A stretch of 64,000 nt of DNA. It comes from an uncultured candidate division Zixibacteria bacterium. GTDB lineage: Bacteria; Zixibacteria; MSB-5A5; GN15; FEB-12. This document shows, in pieces, positions 29,578 through 39,602 of the stretch. The notes beneath the pieces were generated by a model. The model was not told the origin of the DNA, made no database searches, and worked only from the letters and a program-made list of their open reading frames with translations. Where the stretch lies: the NCBI GenBank assembly GCA_963806185.1, contig CAWDXE010000007.1:256001-320000 (forward strand), in the 5' to 3' direction. Both the position numbers and the translations under genes were made by a program. Within the stretch, counting starts at the first letter, position 1; each line of letters begins with the position of its first letter.

Positions 29578-31701
29578 ATGAAACATGAACTTGATTATAT
29601 CTTCCGACCGCAATCGGTTGCCGTGATCGGTGCTTCGACTCGAAAGGGAACCATCGGTCGCGAAACCCTTCACAACATTCTGAGTGCGGAATTCAACGGC
29701 AAAGTCTTTCCGGTCAACCCGAAAGCGCCGGTCATTCATTCTATCAAAGCCTATTCAACCATCCTCGATGTTCCTGACGCCGTTGATTTGGCCATTATCA
29801 TCGTGCCCAAAGAAGGGGTACTCGAAGTCGTGCAGCAGTGCGGCATGAAGGGGGTCAAAGGACTGGTCGTCATCACCGCCGGGTTCTCGGAAGTTGGTCC
29901 GGAGGGCAAAGCGCGCGAGCTGGCGATTGTCGAAGCGGCACAGCGGCATGGCATTCGCATGATCGGTCCCAATTGCTTCGGCGTGGTCAATACCGATCCG
30001 ACCATTTCGCTAAATGCCACTTTCGGCAAGACCTTTCCCAAAGAAGGAAATGTGGGGTTCATCACTCAATCCGGCGCCATGGGCGAGGCGATCATGAGCC
30101 AGGCCCGCGAATTGGGCATTGGCTTTTCGGTTGTAGCGTCGATCGGTAACAAGGCCGATATCTCGTCGAACGATATTCTGGCCTATCTTAGAGATGACCC
30201 CCGCACCAACATTATCCTCATGTATCTGGAGAACTTCGGCAATCCGCGCAATTTCACCCGCATAGCTCGCGAAGTCTCCCGCCTCAAACCGATTGTCGCA
30301 GTAAAGTCGGGACGCACAAAACTCGGCGCCAAAGCAGCGTCATCGCATACCGGGGCGCTGGCGGGGTTGGACGTCGGCGTCGACGCCCTCTTCGAACAGA
30401 CCGGCATTATGCGCGTGGACACGATCGAAGAACTCTTCGATGTTGCGGCGGCCCTTTCTCAGCAGCCTATTCCGAAGGGTAACCGGGTCGTGGTCGTCAC
30501 GAACGCCGGCGGACCGGGCATTCTGGCCACGGACGCGTTGATCAATAACGGCATGGATATGCCACCACTGGCCAAGGCGACCATTGCTGAGCTGAAGAAA
30601 TTCAGCGCGGCCGAAGCGTCGTTCTCGAACCCTATGGACATGGTCGCGGGAGCCGGCGGACTGGCCTTCAATAATACGCTTTCCGCCATCAAGAAAGACC
30701 CGCGCTACGATACCATCATACCGATTTTTGTTCCGCCGGTGACGATCGACCAGCTGGACGTCGCCAAGAATATTTACGAGGCCGTGGCCGATACCGACAA
30801 AACCGTGCTCGCCTGCTTCATGGGCGCCGGTGAGGGCTCGGAGGCCGTTAACTATCTCAAAGCGCGCAATATCCCCGTCTACATTTTCCCGGAGGCAGTG
30901 GCCAAGACGCTGGCTCATATCTATGACTATAAGAAGTGGCTCGGTCGTCCGCGAGGGAAGGTAAAGACTTTCAAGGTGAATCAAGAGCGCGTCAGGCAGA
31001 CGATTGCCCGGACACTCAAAGACGGCGATGGCGCCATCGTGGGCAAGGATGCCGTGGAAATCCTCAGCGCTTACGGCATTCCGGCGGCCGATTACAAGTT
31101 CGCCTGGACACCCAAAGAAGTGGTCCAGGTTGCCAATGAGATGGGCTATCCGCTGGTCATGAAAATCAATACTCCTTCCGTGCTGCACAAGACCGAAGTG
31201 GGCGGCGTCATGGTCGACCTGCGCTCGGATAAGGAAGTACGCGATGCTTTTGCCGAACTCGAATCCCGAGTGGGCAAGTTGAAAAAAGGGGAGAAGTTCT
31301 CGGTCGCACTTCAGCACATGATCAGCGGTGATGTCGAAACCGTCATCGGCATGACGACCGATCCGTCATTTGGCCCGCTGATTATGTTCGGTCTCGGCGG
31401 TATCTATGTCGAGGTCATGAAAGATGTGGCCTTTAGGGTCAATCCCCTGACCGACGAGGGGGCGAAGGAGATGATTCGCTCGCTCAAATCGTATCCCCTG
31501 CTGACCGGATTCCGTGGAGCGCCGCCGGTCGATCTTGCGACGATTGAGGATACGCTGTTGCGCCTTTCTCAGTTAGTCCGCGATTTTGACTGCTTCTCAG
31601 AAATCGACATCAACCCGTTCATCGTCTCTTCGGACAAGGCGGCATGCAAGGCGGTGGATGCCCGGTTTATCGTGAAGCGCATTAAGCCGACCGCGCATTA
31701 A
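29578..31701 (+). CDS. Acetate/acyl-CoA ligase (ADP-forming), fused alpha-beta
   Basis: PQSVAVIGAS, GPNCFG, TQSGA, phospho-His ASSHTGALAG, TNAGGPGILATD, C-terminal ATP-grasp (LHKTEVGGV, FGPLIMFGLGG, EIDINP). Confidence 0.92.
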   Translation: MKHELDYIFRPQSVAVIGASTRKGTIGRETLHNILSAEFNGKVFPVNPKAPVIHSIKAYSTILDVPDAVDLAIIIVPKEGVLEVVQQCGMKGVKGLVVITAGFSEVGPEGKARELAIVEAAQRHGIRMIGPNCFGVVNTDPTISLNATFGKTFPKEGNVGFITQSGAMGEAIMSQARELGIGFSVVASIGNKADISSNDILAYLRDDPRTNIILMYLENFGNPRNFTRIAREVSRLKPIVAVKSGRTKLGAKAASSHTGALAGLDVGVDALFEQTGIMRVDTIEELFDVAAALSQQPIPKGNRVVVVTNAGGPGILATDALINNGMDMPPLAKATIAELKKFSAAEASFSNPMDMVAGAGGLAFNNTLSAIKKDPRYDTIIPIFVPPVTIDQLDVAKNIYEAVADTDKTVLACFMGAGEGSEAVNYLKARNIPVYIFPEAVAKTLAHIYDYKKWLGRPRGKVKTFKVNQERVRQTIARTLKDGDGAIVGKDAVEILSAYGIPAADYKFAWTPKEVVQVANEMGYPLVMKINTPSVLHKTEVGGVMVDLRSDKEVRDAFAELESRVGKLKKGEKFSVALQHMISGDVETVIGMTTDPSFGPLIMFGLGGIYVEVMKDVAFRVNPLTDEGAKEMIRSLKSYPLLTGFRGAPPVDLATIEDTLLRLSQLVRDFDCFSEIDINPFIVSSDKAACKAVDARFIVKRIKPTAH

Positions 31702-31786
31702 ATTGCTTGTACTTGGACGTGTCCCGTCCTATGTTCGACCGAACCAGCGCCACCATTACGGGCGGCAGAGAACGAGTCATTAGAGT

Positions 31787-32431
31787 ATGCGATACGAACT
31801 GAAGCGAATTCCCCTCTGGCCGTTTATCAAGGTCGCGTTCTTTATCAATCTCTTGATCGGCTTTGTTTTCGGCCTCTTTTATTCCCCGATCGTGAGCGTC
31901 ATCATGATGGTCCTCACCGCCACGCCGTATCTGGGTTCAGCCGGCGTGGAATCGGCCCCGGCGTCGTGGGGAATGTTGTTGTTTACCATTCCGTTCATTT
32001 CGGCCTTTCTGGCCGGGTGTGTCAACACCTTGATCGGTCTGATTCTGGTGCTGGCGTACAATATGTTTTCGGTCCTTCTTGGGGGTCTGGAGTTCGAACT
32101 CGAGCCCGTTCGCCACGAACCCACCCCCCCTGCGCCGACAGCACCGGTCGAGCGGCCGTCGCCATCGCCGTACTATGCCGCACCGGACGGTGTGATTCCT
32201 CCTCCTCCGCCCCCTCCTCCCGTGCGATCGAGAACCGATGCTCCAGAGCCGACCGGCCATGACGACAAGCAGGTTGACACCGGTCGCATCACCCCGTATT
32301 CGGAACCATTGACAAGCGAGGTCGGGGGGGATATGCTGTCCGAACCGGGTGAGCCTACTGAACCATTTGCCTCCGAACCCGCCGCTGATCGACCCGATGA
32401 TTCTGATACCGAAGGAACACGGAATTCATGA
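31787..32431 (+). CDS. Hypothetical membrane protein (2 TM, DUF3566-like) with Pro-rich/acidic tail
   Basis: YELKRIP..FIKV..TM..LAYN..GGLEFEL; PPPPPPPP. Overlaps the gltX start. Confidence 0.65.
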   Translation: MRYELKRIPLWPFIKVAFFINLLIGFVFGLFYSPIVSVIMMVLTATPYLGSAGVESAPASWGMLLFTIPFISAFLAGCVNTLIGLILVLAYNMFSVLLGGLEFELEPVRHEPTPPAPTAPVERPSPSPYYAAPDGVIPPPPPPPPVRSRTDAPEPTGHDDKQVDTGRITPYSEPLTSEVGGDMLSEPGEPTEPFASEPAADRPDDSDTEGTRNS

Positions 32432-33888
32432 CCTCGCCCGTACGAGTTTGCATTTCACCGTCTCCCACCGGTTACCTTGACGTCGGTATGGCGCGTATTG
32501 CAATATTCAACTGGTTATTCGCCCGCCAAACGGGCGGGAAGTTCCTCATACGAATTGAGGATTCTGACGTCGAGCGATCCGATGCTTCCCATATTGAACC
32601 GATTCTTAACGCTCTGAAGTGGTTGGGCCTGGATTGGGATGAAAATGTTGTTTACCAATCCCAACGTGCGGAAAACTACAAGAAGTGCGCCCAGGCGCTG
32701 CTCGCAGGCGGCCACGCGTATCGGTGTTTCTGCACGACGGCCGAGTTGGAGGCCGAACGCGAGGCGGCGCGTGCGGCAAAGCTTCCTCCCAGGTACAGTC
32801 GCATATGCCTGAGGTTATCTCACGATCAGATCAAGGCGAGGCTTGATGCCGGTGTACCCTTCGGCATTCGACTTCAGATTCCGGAAGGGGAGACCGCATT
32901 TAACGACATCGTCTCGGGCGAAATGCGGAGCAAGAATGACGATATCGAAGATTTGTTGGCCGCCAATTCGGATGGTTCGGCGACCTGCAACTTCGCGTCA
33001 GTGATCGACGATCACGAGATGGGTGTGACTCATGTTATTCGCGGCAATGATCACCTTACGAATACGTTGAAGCAAATGCATCTCTATCAGGCTCTGGGTT
33101 GGGCAGTCCCTGAATTCGGCCATGTTCCGCCTATTCTGAATCCCGACAGTCAAGCGATCTCGAAACGTCTTGGTGACAAGGATATCGCGGCGTACAAGGA
33201 CGAGGGAATTCTGCCGAACGCGATGTTCAACTATCTGTGCTTGCTCGGTTGGTCGCCGAAAACCGAACGGGAGATTTATTCACCCAAGGAACTGGTCGGG
33301 ATTTTCGACCCGCACTACGTGAATCTCTCGACTGCCGTGTTCGACGATGAGAAGCTAATTGCGTTCAACAGGGCGCACATCCAGTTGGCCTCCGACCACG
33401 ACCTGGCGGTCCTGGTCGCTCCCATGTTGGTCGAGGCGGGGGTGACCTCAAAATACTGGCTTGAGACCAGGTGGGAGTACCTGCGGCAGGTGATCAGTTT
33501 ACTCAAAGAGCGGGTCCGACGCGTCTCTGATTTTGTGTCATTGGGTGGATATTTCTTCTCCTTTGAAGGAAATTACGACCCGGAGGCGGCTCGGGAGCAA
33601 TTCAATCCTGAGTCGGTTGATCTGTTGGCTGCCCTGGTCGAGCGGTTTGAAGCACTTCCCAGGTTTACGCATGAGACGACCGAAGGAGCATTGGAGCTGC
33701 TGGCCGAGGAGCGGGGTCTGAAGAAGGCACGACTTGTGCACCCGACGCGACTCGCGGTTTCGGGCCTGTCGGATGGCCCTGGCCTGTACGATCTTCTGGT
33801 CGTCCTCACCCGGCTGGTGGTCATCCAGCGCATGAAAAAAGCTATTGAATATATACGGCGAAACCACCAGATTGCGCCCCAGGGATAA
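32428..33888 (+). CDS. gltX: Glutamate--tRNA ligase family protein with degenerate catalytic motifs
   Basis: PSPTG, FLIRIED.D, LKWLGLDWDE, YQSQR, Zn site YRCFC..C, THVIRG.DH, anticodon domain PTRLAVSG...GP. HIGH motif reads DVGM and KMSKS reads AISKR. Confidence 0.85.
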   Translation: MTSPVRVCISPSPTGYLDVGMARIAIFNWLFARQTGGKFLIRIEDSDVERSDASHIEPILNALKWLGLDWDENVVYQSQRAENYKKCAQALLAGGHAYRCFCTTAELEAEREAARAAKLPPRYSRICLRLSHDQIKARLDAGVPFGIRLQIPEGETAFNDIVSGEMRSKNDDIEDLLAANSDGSATCNFASVIDDHEMGVTHVIRGNDHLTNTLKQMHLYQALGWAVPEFGHVPPILNPDSQAISKRLGDKDIAAYKDEGILPNAMFNYLCLLGWSPKTEREIYSPKELVGIFDPHYVNLSTAVFDDEKLIAFNRAHIQLASDHDLAVLVAPMLVEAGVTSKYWLETRWEYLRQVISLLKERVRRVSDFVSLGGYFFSFEGNYDPEAAREQFNPESVDLLAALVERFEALPRFTHETTEGALELLAEERGLKKARLVHPTRLAVSGLSDGPGLYDLLVVLTRLVVIQRMKKAIEYIRRNHQIAPQG

Positions 33889-33892
33889 GTCC

Positions 33893-34398
33893 ATGAGTAC
33901 TACATCCAAGCAGAAAATTGCCGACATCCTGAAACGAGCCATCAAAGGAGAAGACGACGGGTATCGCTTCTACGCCGCACTGGCGACTGAGGCCGTCAAC
34001 GATGCCGTCCGCCGCAAGCTCGAAGGACTGCGCGATGACGAGCTTCGTCACCGCGCGACCCTGTATGTATTGTACGACCAACACGTCGGCGGCGAAGTGG
34101 GTGAATTACCCCGGACGGGAATCGGCCCCCTGGCCAAGCTCTTCAATGAGAACCAGACGCTGGCCAAGAAGTCCGAAATGGAATATATCAACTTCGCCAT
34201 TGAGGCCGAACTGGCCTCGACGCAGGTACTACCAGGCCGAGCGAGATTTGATCGACGATCAGAAATTTCGCGACGATTTTCGATCACCTGGCGGACGAAG
34301 AACATCACCATTACGAAATACTCCAGGCCGAGCGCGAAGCGCTGGCCGGAAATTATAGTTGGTTTGGTTACGACGATACAGCGCCGATGGAAGACTGA
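33893..34398 (+). CDS. Ferritin-like/rubrerythrin-family di-iron protein; two +1 frameshifts (near 34225 and 34272)
   Basis: AIKGEDDGYRFY..LRDDELRH; AIEAE...YY..LADEEHHHYEIL (restored): two ExxH halves. Confidence 0.8.
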
Positions 34399-34455
34399 CG
34401 TACGGTCGCTGTACCGGTGTCGAAATACTTGGCTACTAGGCAGGAGGATGCAGAA

Positions 34456-34653
34456 ATGCAGTGGATTTGTGATATCTGCGGTTACGTGCACGACGAAGAC
34501 GAACCGCCGGATAGCTGTCCGATGTGCGGCGCGCCGAAAAGCAAGTTCTCCGAGTGGGACGGCGAAGACGAAGACTTGCTCGACGAAGACTTTGACGAGG
34601 ACGACGATGAGGTCGGCGACGGCTACGATGAAAACAGCGATGAGAAGTACTGA
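34456..34653 (+). CDS. Rubredoxin-like protein with acidic tail
   Basis: WICDICGYVHD..PPDSCPMCGAPKSKF; RBS AGGAGG; about 30-aa D/E-rich C-terminus. Confidence 0.85.
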   Translation: MQWICDICGYVHDEDEPPDSCPMCGAPKSKFSEWDGEDEDLLDEDFDEDDDEVGDGYDENSDEKY

Positions 34654-35166
34654 TGAATAGTCATGTGCCGACGCCGGTAGAGAGCGGTCCCGCGCCGCTA
34701 AACAGTGGGAGATGAAGCTCCTGATTTTACGCTGCCGAGTCACAACGAAGGAGATCTGAATCTCGCCTGGTATCGGGGCAGAAAAAACGTTGCCCTGGCT
34801 TTCTACCCGGCGGATTGGACCCCCTTGTGCGCCAACCAGATTCCCGGCTACGAGGCGGTGCTTGACATGTTTGAGAAGTACAATTGCCAGATTCTCGCCG
34901 TGTCCTGCGACACGATTCCAAGTCATATCGCCTGGGCCAAATCCATGGGCGGAATATCCTTTCCACTGATGTCGGATTTTTACCCGCACGGCGCCGTTTC
35001 GACCAGATATGGTGTTCTCTCGCGTAAGGGTTATGCCAATCGGGTAGTGTTCCTCATCGACAAGCAGGGCATCATCAGGTACATCGAACATGTACCGCCC
35101 GGCGATCTTCCGGATAACCACAAGTTGTTTGCTGAGTTGGCGAGACTACAGAAAGCATCTGCTTAG
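34653..35166 (+). CDS. Peroxiredoxin (AhpC/TSA, AhpE-like); probable +1 frameshift near 34702
   Basis: VGDEAPDFTL, FYPADWTPLC (PxxxTxxC), ANRVVFLIDKQGIIRY. Upstream ATG 34653 is off-frame by one base. Confidence 0.88.
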
Positions 35167-35282
35167 AATTGTCCCACCGCCGACACCGGCGGGTGCCAGG
35201 GTGCTGGAACACCACCATTCGGGCACTTATCGTTGTCGGCGGTGTTGTATCTGCGAGAATCCGAAAACGAGTGTATTGAGCA

Positions 35283-36335
35283 GTGGACCAGAACGAGCTT
35301 TTTGACATTACCTTTATCGGCGCCGGCCCGGTGGCCTTATACGGCATGTACTATGCCGGTCTCCGCATGACCCGTTTCAAGGCCATTGACATGCTCGAAG
35401 AAGTCGGCGGCGGCCTCATGGCACTCTATCCCGAAAAGTATATCTACGATGTTGCCGGATTCCCCAAAGTGATGGCCAAGGATTTGACCCGCCTGCTCAA
35501 GGAACAGGCCAGCCAATACCCACATACGTTCTGCCTCGGCGAAAAGGTGACCGATCTCACACGGGGAGAGGATGGCATCATTGCGCTTACCACCAACAGA
35601 GCGGTTCACTACTCGCGCACGGTGATTATATGTGCCGGCATGGGCGCATACATTCCAAAGAAGATTGATGTTCCGAATCTCGAAGTACTGGAGGGGGCGG
35701 GGGTCTACTACTTCATTCGCCGCCTAAGTGATTTCCAGGGGAAGAACGTCCTGGTCGTCGGCGGGGGCGACTCGGCCTTCGATTACTCGATGATGCTCGA
35801 GTCGGTCGCCGCCAACATCACGCACATTCACCGCAATGACTTCTTTTCCGCTCATGAGGATTCGGTTCGCAAGGTTATGAACTCACGAGTGCGCATGAAA
35901 TTTCCCTTTTGGGAGGTGAAGCGTATTGTCGGCGAGGACTGGGTGCGGGAGGTTACGATTGTCCAGACACGCACCGGGGAAGAAGAAACCATGCCGGTCG
36001 AAGCAATCGTGTTCAACATCGGATTCCTCACCAATCTCGGGCCGATTCACGAATGGGGTTTGGAGCTCGACAAAAACGCCATAAAAGTGGACAGCCGGAT
36101 GCGTACCAATATTGAGGGCGTCTTCGCCGCCGGCGATATCGTGACCTACGATGGGAAGCTGAAATTGATTTCCACCGGTTGCGGTGAAGTTGCCATTGCG
36201 GTGAACAATGCCAAACACTTCGTCAATCCAAAGGCCAAAGTGGATCCGGGGCATTCGACCGAAAAACACGACATCGTCAAACGAAAAGTGGCACAACACG
36301 AGAAGGCCAAGCACGGCCCGACCGAAGCGGAATAA
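35283..36335 (+). CDS. Thioredoxin-reductase-like ferredoxin--NADP(+) reductase
   Basis: IGAGPVAL, GGGLMALYPEKYIYDVAGFP, GGGDSA, GVFAAGDI, KLKLISTG, PGHST. No CXXC (GVYYF instead), as in YumC-type FNR. Confidence 0.88.
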   Translation: MDQNELFDITFIGAGPVALYGMYYAGLRMTRFKAIDMLEEVGGGLMALYPEKYIYDVAGFPKVMAKDLTRLLKEQASQYPHTFCLGEKVTDLTRGEDGIIALTTNRAVHYSRTVIICAGMGAYIPKKIDVPNLEVLEGAGVYYFIRRLSDFQGKNVLVVGGGDSAFDYSMMLESVAANITHIHRNDFFSAHEDSVRKVMNSRVRMKFPFWEVKRIVGEDWVREVTIVQTRTGEEETMPVEAIVFNIGFLTNLGPIHEWGLELDKNAIKVDSRMRTNIEGVFAAGDIVTYDGKLKLISTGCGEVAIAVNNAKHFVNPKAKVDPGHSTEKHDIVKRKVAQHEKAKHGPTEAE

Positions 36336-36337
36336 TA

Positions 36338-37417
36338 ATGTACTTTGCCCTGCCGACAGAATATCGGGTGGCCTCCAACGACGATCTCAAGGCGCGCATC
36401 GTTGAAGCGAAGAGGCGTTTGGGCAGGAAACTGATTATCCTGGCGCATCACTACCAACGCCTTGAGGTTGTCCAGTGCGGCGACCATATCGGCGATAGCT
36501 GGGGATTATCGAAAATTGCGGCTGAAAACCAGACTGCTGAAACCATTGTTTTCTGCGGGGTCCATTTCATGGCGGAGTCGGCTGATATCCTGGCGCGTGA
36601 AGGCCAGTCCGTTTATCTCCCCAACCCGCTGGCTGGATGCCCGATGGCGGACATGGCCGAAATAGCCGATGTGCTGCTGGCATGGAAATATCTGAAGCCG
36701 TTCGGGGCCGAGAAGAACATCATGCCGATTTCGTATATGAATACGGCGGCGGGACTCAAAGCGTTTACCGGCAAGCACGGCGGCTTGATCTGCACATCAT
36801 CTAACGCCGCCGCGGCGCTCAAGTGGGGTCTGGAACGGCGGGAGAAGGTTTTCTTCTTCCCCGACGAGAATCTGGGCTACAATACCGGCCTCAAATATGG
36901 TTTGAAGCCCGAACAAATGGTGCGGTGGGACTTCTCCCGCGAAGACGGTGGACTTACGGGCGAGCAGATAGAAAACGCGAGAGTCATTCTCTGGAAGGGC
37001 CATTGCCACGTCCACACCAATTTTACTGCCGAGCATGTCAGGGAAATGCGGACTCGCTATCCGGGGGTGAGGGTTGTTGTTCATCCGGAGTGTCCTCCCG
37101 CGGTTGTGCAGGCGGCCGACGCGGATGGGTCAACCAAATTTATCGTCGATTACTGCGCCAAGGCGCCCGCGGGATCGGTCATAGCGATTGGTACGGAGAT
37201 CAACCTGATCAATCGGATGGCCCATGAGCATCGCGACAAGACCATTCTCGAGCTGTCCGGACAGACCTGCCCGGTGTGCGCCAACATGTACCGGACGACC
37301 CTCAACGACCTGGCCTATACGCTTGAGAATTATCAGGATATGAAGCCGATCCGAGTCCCGGAGCCGACCCGCAGTGAGGCCCGATTGGCCCTTGAAAAGA
37401 TGCTCGAGATCAGTTAA
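36338..37417 (+). CDS. nadA: Quinolinate synthase NadA
   Basis: ILAHHYQ, FCGVHFMAESA, AGCPMADMA, ICTSSNA, GHCHVH, VHPEC, C..M. Confidence 0.95.
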   Translation: MYFALPTEYRVASNDDLKARIVEAKRRLGRKLIILAHHYQRLEVVQCGDHIGDSWGLSKIAAENQTAETIVFCGVHFMAESADILAREGQSVYLPNPLAGCPMADMAEIADVLLAWKYLKPFGAEKNIMPISYMNTAAGLKAFTGKHGGLICTSSNAAAALKWGLERREKVFFFPDENLGYNTGLKYGLKPEQMVRWDFSREDGGLTGEQIENARVILWKGHCHVHTNFTAEHVREMRTRYPGVRVVVHPECPPAVVQAADADGSTKFIVDYCAKAPAGSVIAIGTEINLINRMAHEHRDKTILELSGQTCPVCANMYRTTLNDLAYTLENYQDMKPIRVPEPTRSEARLALEKMLEIS

Positions 37418-37436
37418 TTTGTGGCCTTACTCAACC

Positions 37437-37464
37437 TTGACAGGCCAAACCACCATGGTATATT
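37437..37464 (+). promoter_or_regulatory. Putative sigma70 promoter for E2-lipB-fabL
   Basis: TTGACA - 16 bp - TATATT with a TG extended -10. Confidence 0.6.
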
Positions 37465-37516
37465 CGCCTCAAACGTAGAGATGAAAGATTCTTTTTAACG
37501 ATAAGGACTTAGCGTC

Positions 37517-38863
37517 ATGGTACAAGATGTTTTGGTGCCCCAGATGGGTGAATCGGTACTGGAGGGCACAATTCTCTCATGGAAAGTCAAAATCGGTGAA
37601 AAAGTGCAAATCAACCAGCCGCTGGTTGAATTGATGACGGATAAAGTAAATGTTGAAATCCCAGCCGAAATCTCCGGTGTGCTGACGGCTCAGTTTGCCA
37701 AAGAGGGTGACGTGGTGCCGGTCGGTACTCGTATCGCCACTATTGATGATGGCTCTGCCGCCGCCAAGGGAGCTCCTACGACCCAAAAATCGACCCCGGC
37801 AGAGGTTGCGGCTGCTTCAGCCCCGGCAGTCGCCGTGGCCGCGGCTCCGCGACGCGAAGTCAAAGGCACAGCCGAAGCGGGGCGTGGCAAGATGTCTCCT
37901 AAAGTAAAAATGCTCGTCCGTGAATATGGTCTTGACGCTTCTGCCATCGTGCCGACGGGCAAGGATGGCATTGTGACGGTCGACGACGTGATGCGGTCAG
38001 TCGAGGATCGTTCCACCTCCAAAGGCATACTGGCCGGCCCCATTCCATCGCCCGCCGCACCTGTCTTTGCAGCGCCGCAGTCGAGTGCGGTCGCTCCGGT
38101 CGCACCGAAGGCCCCTCTGGTGAAAGTGGAAATCCCGGTCTTTGCGCCGATGCCGGCGAATCTCAAGGAGACCCGCGTACCGCTCCAGGGAGCGCGCAAA
38201 CTGATCGCCGAGCACATGACCAAGTCAAAAGAGACCTCGGCTCATGTCACGACTTTTGAAGAAGTCGACCTCACCGATCTGGTGAACTACCGCAATGAAA
38301 TCAAAGGGTGGTTCAAAGAGACGTACGGCGCAAACATCACCTTTTTGCCGTTCGTCATGAAGGCCTGCACCGTAGCCCTTAAGGAATTCCCGAAGATCAA
38401 CGCGTCACTCACGGAAAAGGAAATCATCTACAAGAATTACTACAACGTCGGTGTGGCGGTCGCCCGTGAAGAAGGGCTGATCGTGCCCGTAATCAAGAAC
38501 GCCGACAAGAAGACGATTGTCGAATTGGCCGTCGAGATTCAACAACTCGGCGAGAAGGCGCGTACCAACCGGCTCATGCCGGACGACGTCGCCGACGGTA
38601 CCTTCACGCTCACCAATGCCGGCATGTTCGGCGCCACCGGGTCGACGCCGATCATTTCGCAGCCGCAGGTGGCGATTCTGGGCATTCATGCCATCGTCAA
38701 GAAACCGTGGGTGGTGAACAACCAGATCGTCATACGTGACATCTCGAATTTCGGCATGTCCTTCGATCACCGTCTGATCGACGGTCACACGGCAGTGCAG
38801 TTCCTGCACCGCGTACACGAATACCTGGCCGATGGACGTCGGCTCCTGATGAACCTGCGATGA
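37517..38863 (+). CDS. Dihydrolipoamide acyltransferase (E2) of a 2-oxoacid dehydrogenase
   Basis: Lipoyl domain ELMTDKV, peripheral-subunit binding domain (SPKVKMLVRE..GKDGIVTVDDV), catalytic FDHRLIDG. Confidence 0.95.
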   Translation: MVQDVLVPQMGESVLEGTILSWKVKIGEKVQINQPLVELMTDKVNVEIPAEISGVLTAQFAKEGDVVPVGTRIATIDDGSAAAKGAPTTQKSTPAEVAAASAPAVAVAAAPRREVKGTAEAGRGKMSPKVKMLVREYGLDASAIVPTGKDGIVTVDDVMRSVEDRSTSKGILAGPIPSPAAPVFAAPQSSAVAPVAPKAPLVKVEIPVFAPMPANLKETRVPLQGARKLIAEHMTKSKETSAHVTTFEEVDLTDLVNYRNEIKGWFKETYGANITFLPFVMKACTVALKEFPKINASLTEKEIIYKNYYNVGVAVAREEGLIVPVIKNADKKTIVELAVEIQQLGEKARTNRLMPDDVADGTFTLTNAGMFGATGSTPIISQPQVAILGIHAIVKKPWVVNNQIVIRDISNFGMSFDHRLIDGHTAVQFLHRVHEYLADGRRLLMNLR

Positions 38864-39564
38864 ATGTGGCTACAATACCCAAAACGTACGGTTGGCATCT
38901 CGAACTCGGCAAGGTAGACTACGAGCGGACCCTTCGCTGGCAACGTGGCCTGGTCAAAATGCGGGAGGAAGGCATGGCCCGCGACACCATCATCACAGTG
39001 GAACACTACCCGGTGGTGACGGTAGGCAAAGACGGCCACAAAGAGAATTTCAAGGACCTCCCGCTCGAACCGGTATTTATCGAGCGCGGCGGCGACGTCA
39101 CCTACCATGGCCCGGGCCAATTGGTGGCGTATTTCATTTTCAATCTCACGCGTCGGGGCCGGGACTTGCACAAGTTCATGGCCGACATTCAGCAAGGCAT
39201 CATCGGTGCGCTGAAGGAATACGGCATCGACGCCCGGATGGGGGATGAGCACACCGGCGTCTGGGTACAGGAGAAGAAAATTGCCTCGATCGGTGTGGCC
39301 GTAAAACGGTGGATTTCGTTTCATGGCGCCGCGATCAATCTCAATGTCAATCTCGAGGAGTTTCGGAAGATCAATCCGTGCGGCTTGTCGCCGGAGGTAA
39401 TGACCTCGGCCGACCAATTGCTCAAAGAGGCGGTTGATATGCGCAAATTTACCAGGTCGCTCCTCGCTCATTATAGTCGGATTTTCGATACGGTATTTAC
39501 ACCGGTGGACTTGGAATCGCTGGATGAAGATCTGAAAAGCCAGGAAGGCGGCTTCACGATCTGA
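38860..39564 (+). CDS. lipB: Octanoyltransferase LipB
   Basis: EHYPVVTVG, RGGDVTYHGPGQLVAY, KIASIG, SFHGAAIN, INPCG. Confidence 0.95.
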   Translation: MNVATIPKTYGWHLELGKVDYERTLRWQRGLVKMREEGMARDTIITVEHYPVVTVGKDGHKENFKDLPLEPVFIERGGDVTYHGPGQLVAYFIFNLTRRGRDLHKFMADIQQGIIGALKEYGIDARMGDEHTGVWVQEKKIASIGVAVKRWISFHGAAINLNVNLEEFRKINPCGLSPEVMTSADQLLKEAVDMRKFTRSLLAHYSRIFDTVFTPVDLESLDEDLKSQEGGFTI

Positions 39565-39602
39565 TCCGGTCAATCGAGGACGCGCGCAAAAGGAGGGACA
39601 CA

